Source: Pseudomonas phage PaBG. From it: a stretch of 64,000 nucleotides of DNA. Every line of letters begins with the position of its first letter. Position 1 is the first letter of the stretch. This document shows positions 62,705-64,000 of the stretch, piece after piece. The notes under the pieces were generated by a model. That model was not told where the DNA came from and ran no database searches. It worked only from the letters and a program-made list of their open reading frames with translations. The stretch is from sequence record KF147891.1. The stretch is one strand, 5' to 3'. A program made the position numbers and the translations under genes.

Positions 62705-63712
62705 ATGGAAAAGAAAATCGTCAAGATACCTTCGATGAAGAAGATCAACGCTCTTCCGAAGGCATTCAAAGGCATCAGTTCGTTCTCCGGTTGTGGCGGG
62801 AGCTCCACTGGTGTGAAGATGGCTGGCGTCCAAGTGCTGCTCGCAACCGAGTTCATCAAGCCAGCCATCGAAACCTACGAGAAGAACCACAAAGGCACCA
62901 TCGTCATCGGTGAAGACATTCGCAAGGTCGACTGGGAGTCGTGGCGCAAGGAGCTCAAGCTCAAGCGCGGCCAGCTGGACTTCTCCGAAGGCAGTCCGCC
63001 GTGCAAGTCCTTCTCGACCTCTGGCACTGGCAGTGACGACTGGGGCAAGGAGAAACTCTACTCTGAGAACGTCTACCAGCGCACCGATGACCTCTTCTAC
63101 GAGGAAATGCGCAAGCTGGAAGCGTTCATGCCCAAGGTCTTCGTCTGCGAGAACGTCAAGGGCATGGTTGAGGGTGACGCCAAGGGTTACTTCATCGAAA
63201 TCCTGCGTGACCTTAAAGCAATCGGGTATAGCGTGAAGGCGCAGGTGTTGAACGCTGCCCGTCTCGACGTACCCCAAGCCCGCGAGCGCGTGATCTTCGT
63301 TGGTGTGCGTAACGACTTGGTGAAGAAAGGCTTTGAGCCTGTGTTCCCCAAAGCGAAGCCGTACGAGGTGAACGTCAACGACGTCCTACCTCACATTGCG
63401 TACCTCAAGTCGAAGTACCGAGGCGACATCAAGTACGTCCCAGCTTCGATCCCGAGTCCTACGATCGTGGCGAGCGATGGTACCAACAGTGAGACTGCCG
63501 GCTTCTCGTCTGGCGGCTTCATTGAGACTGTCGATGGCGAGCGCCGCAAGTACACCATCGACGAGTTGAAGAAGATTTTCACCTTCCCGGATGACTTCAT
63601 CTTCACTGGTACCTACAAGCAGCAGTTCGAGCGTCTCGGCCGCTCAGTTCCGCCACTCATGATGTATCGCGTAGTCGCGGAGCTTCGCCGCCAGATTCTG
63701 GAGAAGCTGTAA
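62705..63712 (+). CDS. DNA C5-cytosine methyltransferase-family enzyme with Arg in place of the conserved motif-X Asn
   Basis: Motif I FSGCGGSSTG, motif IV GSPPCKSFS (the PC catalytic Cys), motif VI ENVKG, motif VIII QARERVIFVG. The C-terminus reads RLGRSVPPLM where the canonical motif is G-N-(S/A)-V. Confidence 0.75.
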   Translation: MEKKIVKIPSMKKINALPKAFKGISSFSGCGGSSTGVKMAGVQVLLATEFIKPAIETYEKNHKGTIVIGEDIRKVDWESWRKELKLKRGQLDFSEGSPPCKSFSTSGTGSDDWGKEKLYSENVYQRTDDLFYEEMRKLEAFMPKVFVCENVKGMVEGDAKGYFIEILRDLKAIGYSVKAQVLNAARLDVPQARERVIFVGVRNDLVKKGFEPVFPKAKPYEVNVNDVLPHIAYLKSKYRGDIKYVPASIPSPTIVASDGTNSETAGFSSGGFIETVDGERRKYTIDELKKIFTFPDDFIFTGTYKQQFERLGRSVPPLMMYRVVAELRRQILEKL

Positions 63713-63717
63713 CCCAA

Positions 63718-63740
63718 GGGAGTCTTCGGACTCCCTTTTT
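63718..63740 (+). terminator. rho-independent terminator GGGAGTCttcgGACTCCC-TTTTT (identical to 48235)
   Basis: Exact repeat of the terminator following the primase-operon gene. Confidence 0.6.
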
Positions 63741-63793
63741 ATGGCCTCCGAAACTGTAAATCCACAGTATAATCCATTGGTTGGAGCCTAAAC

Positions 63794-64000
63794 ATGAGCC
63801 AAGAACCTGTAGTAGACAACCACGTCCCAGGCGAACGCTGGGAGTTCAACGAGGACGTAGCCAAGCAGTTCGACCTGATGCTGGAGAAGTCGATCCCCGG
63901 CTACGGACAGATGCGTGATCTGGTGTATCGCATCGGCAAGCGTTTCGTTCAGTCGCCGTCGAACGTCATCGATCTGGGTGCTAGCCGTGGTGAAGCCGTG
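63794..64000 (+). CDS. CmoA-like carboxy-S-adenosylmethionine synthase-family protein, partial (continues beyond right edge)
   Basis: GERWEFNEDVAKQFDLMLEKSIPGYGQMRDLVYRIGKRFVQSPSNVIDLGASRGEA aligns closely with the remembered E. coli CmoA N-terminus [55 protein letters not shown]. A TGGAG Shine-Dalgarno precedes it, and an AAACTGTAAATCC motif lies 33 nt upstream. Confidence 0.55.
   Translation, partial: MSQEPVVDNHVPGERWEFNEDVAKQFDLMLEKSIPGYGQMRDLVYRIGKRFVQSPSNVIDLGASRGEAV

Overview
This is a 64 kb stretch of a GC-rich (~57-58%) tailed-phage genome with a T4-like DNA replication/recombination core. No rRNA, CRISPR array or integrase was seen.

Layout: coordinates 1-46.8 kb are almost entirely minus-strand genes. 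From 46.9 kb the strand alternates, and after a ~1.4 kb non-coding, repeat-dense region (52.2-53.6 kb) genes run on the plus strand, interrupted by a tRNA cluster at 56.2-58.9 kb. Many of the long ORFs in the supplied track are antisense artefacts of the high GC content and are not called.

Recognisable content, in order:
- A morphogenesis block at 0-11 kb: a partial fibre-like structural protein, a baseplate-spike-like protein, a portal candidate and a large terminase with a zinc-ribbon insert.
- A replication/recombination block at 11-20 kb: DnaB/gp41-type helicase, an HNH endonuclease, a RecA/UvsX recombinase and a gp32-like ssDNA-binding protein.
- A sigma-70-family sigma factor at 20.2-21.2 kb.
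- At 25-34 kb, a set of lysine-rich histone-H1-like proteins, a roughly 100-residue poly-Asp/Glu protein and other charged low-complexity proteins.
- A flap endonuclease, a membrane/lipoprotein cluster and three copies of an early sigma-70-type promoter cassette between 34 and 45 kb.
- Topoisomerase II subunits (GyrA-like and GyrB-like), a P-loop kinase, a Cas4-like nuclease, a DnaG-type primase and a RuvC-like resolvase between 40 and 50 kb.
- A NADAR-domain protein, which is a candidate anti-defence factor.
- tRNA-Thr, two tRNA-Lys, tRNA-Asp and an aberrant 94-nt tRNA-like gene.
- At the right edge, a ParB-like protein, a C5-cytosine methyltransferase and a CmoA-like carboxy-SAM synthase.

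The most interesting hypothesis is that the MTase plus CmoA-like pair installs 5-carboxymethylcytosine in phage DNA. Second is a genome-wide use of block poly-Lys/poly-Asp-Glu tails on DNA-metabolism proteins. Start codons were re-assigned by hand from Shine-Dalgarno context. I have no database or folding tools here, so all homology calls are from remembered motifs and are marked accordingly.
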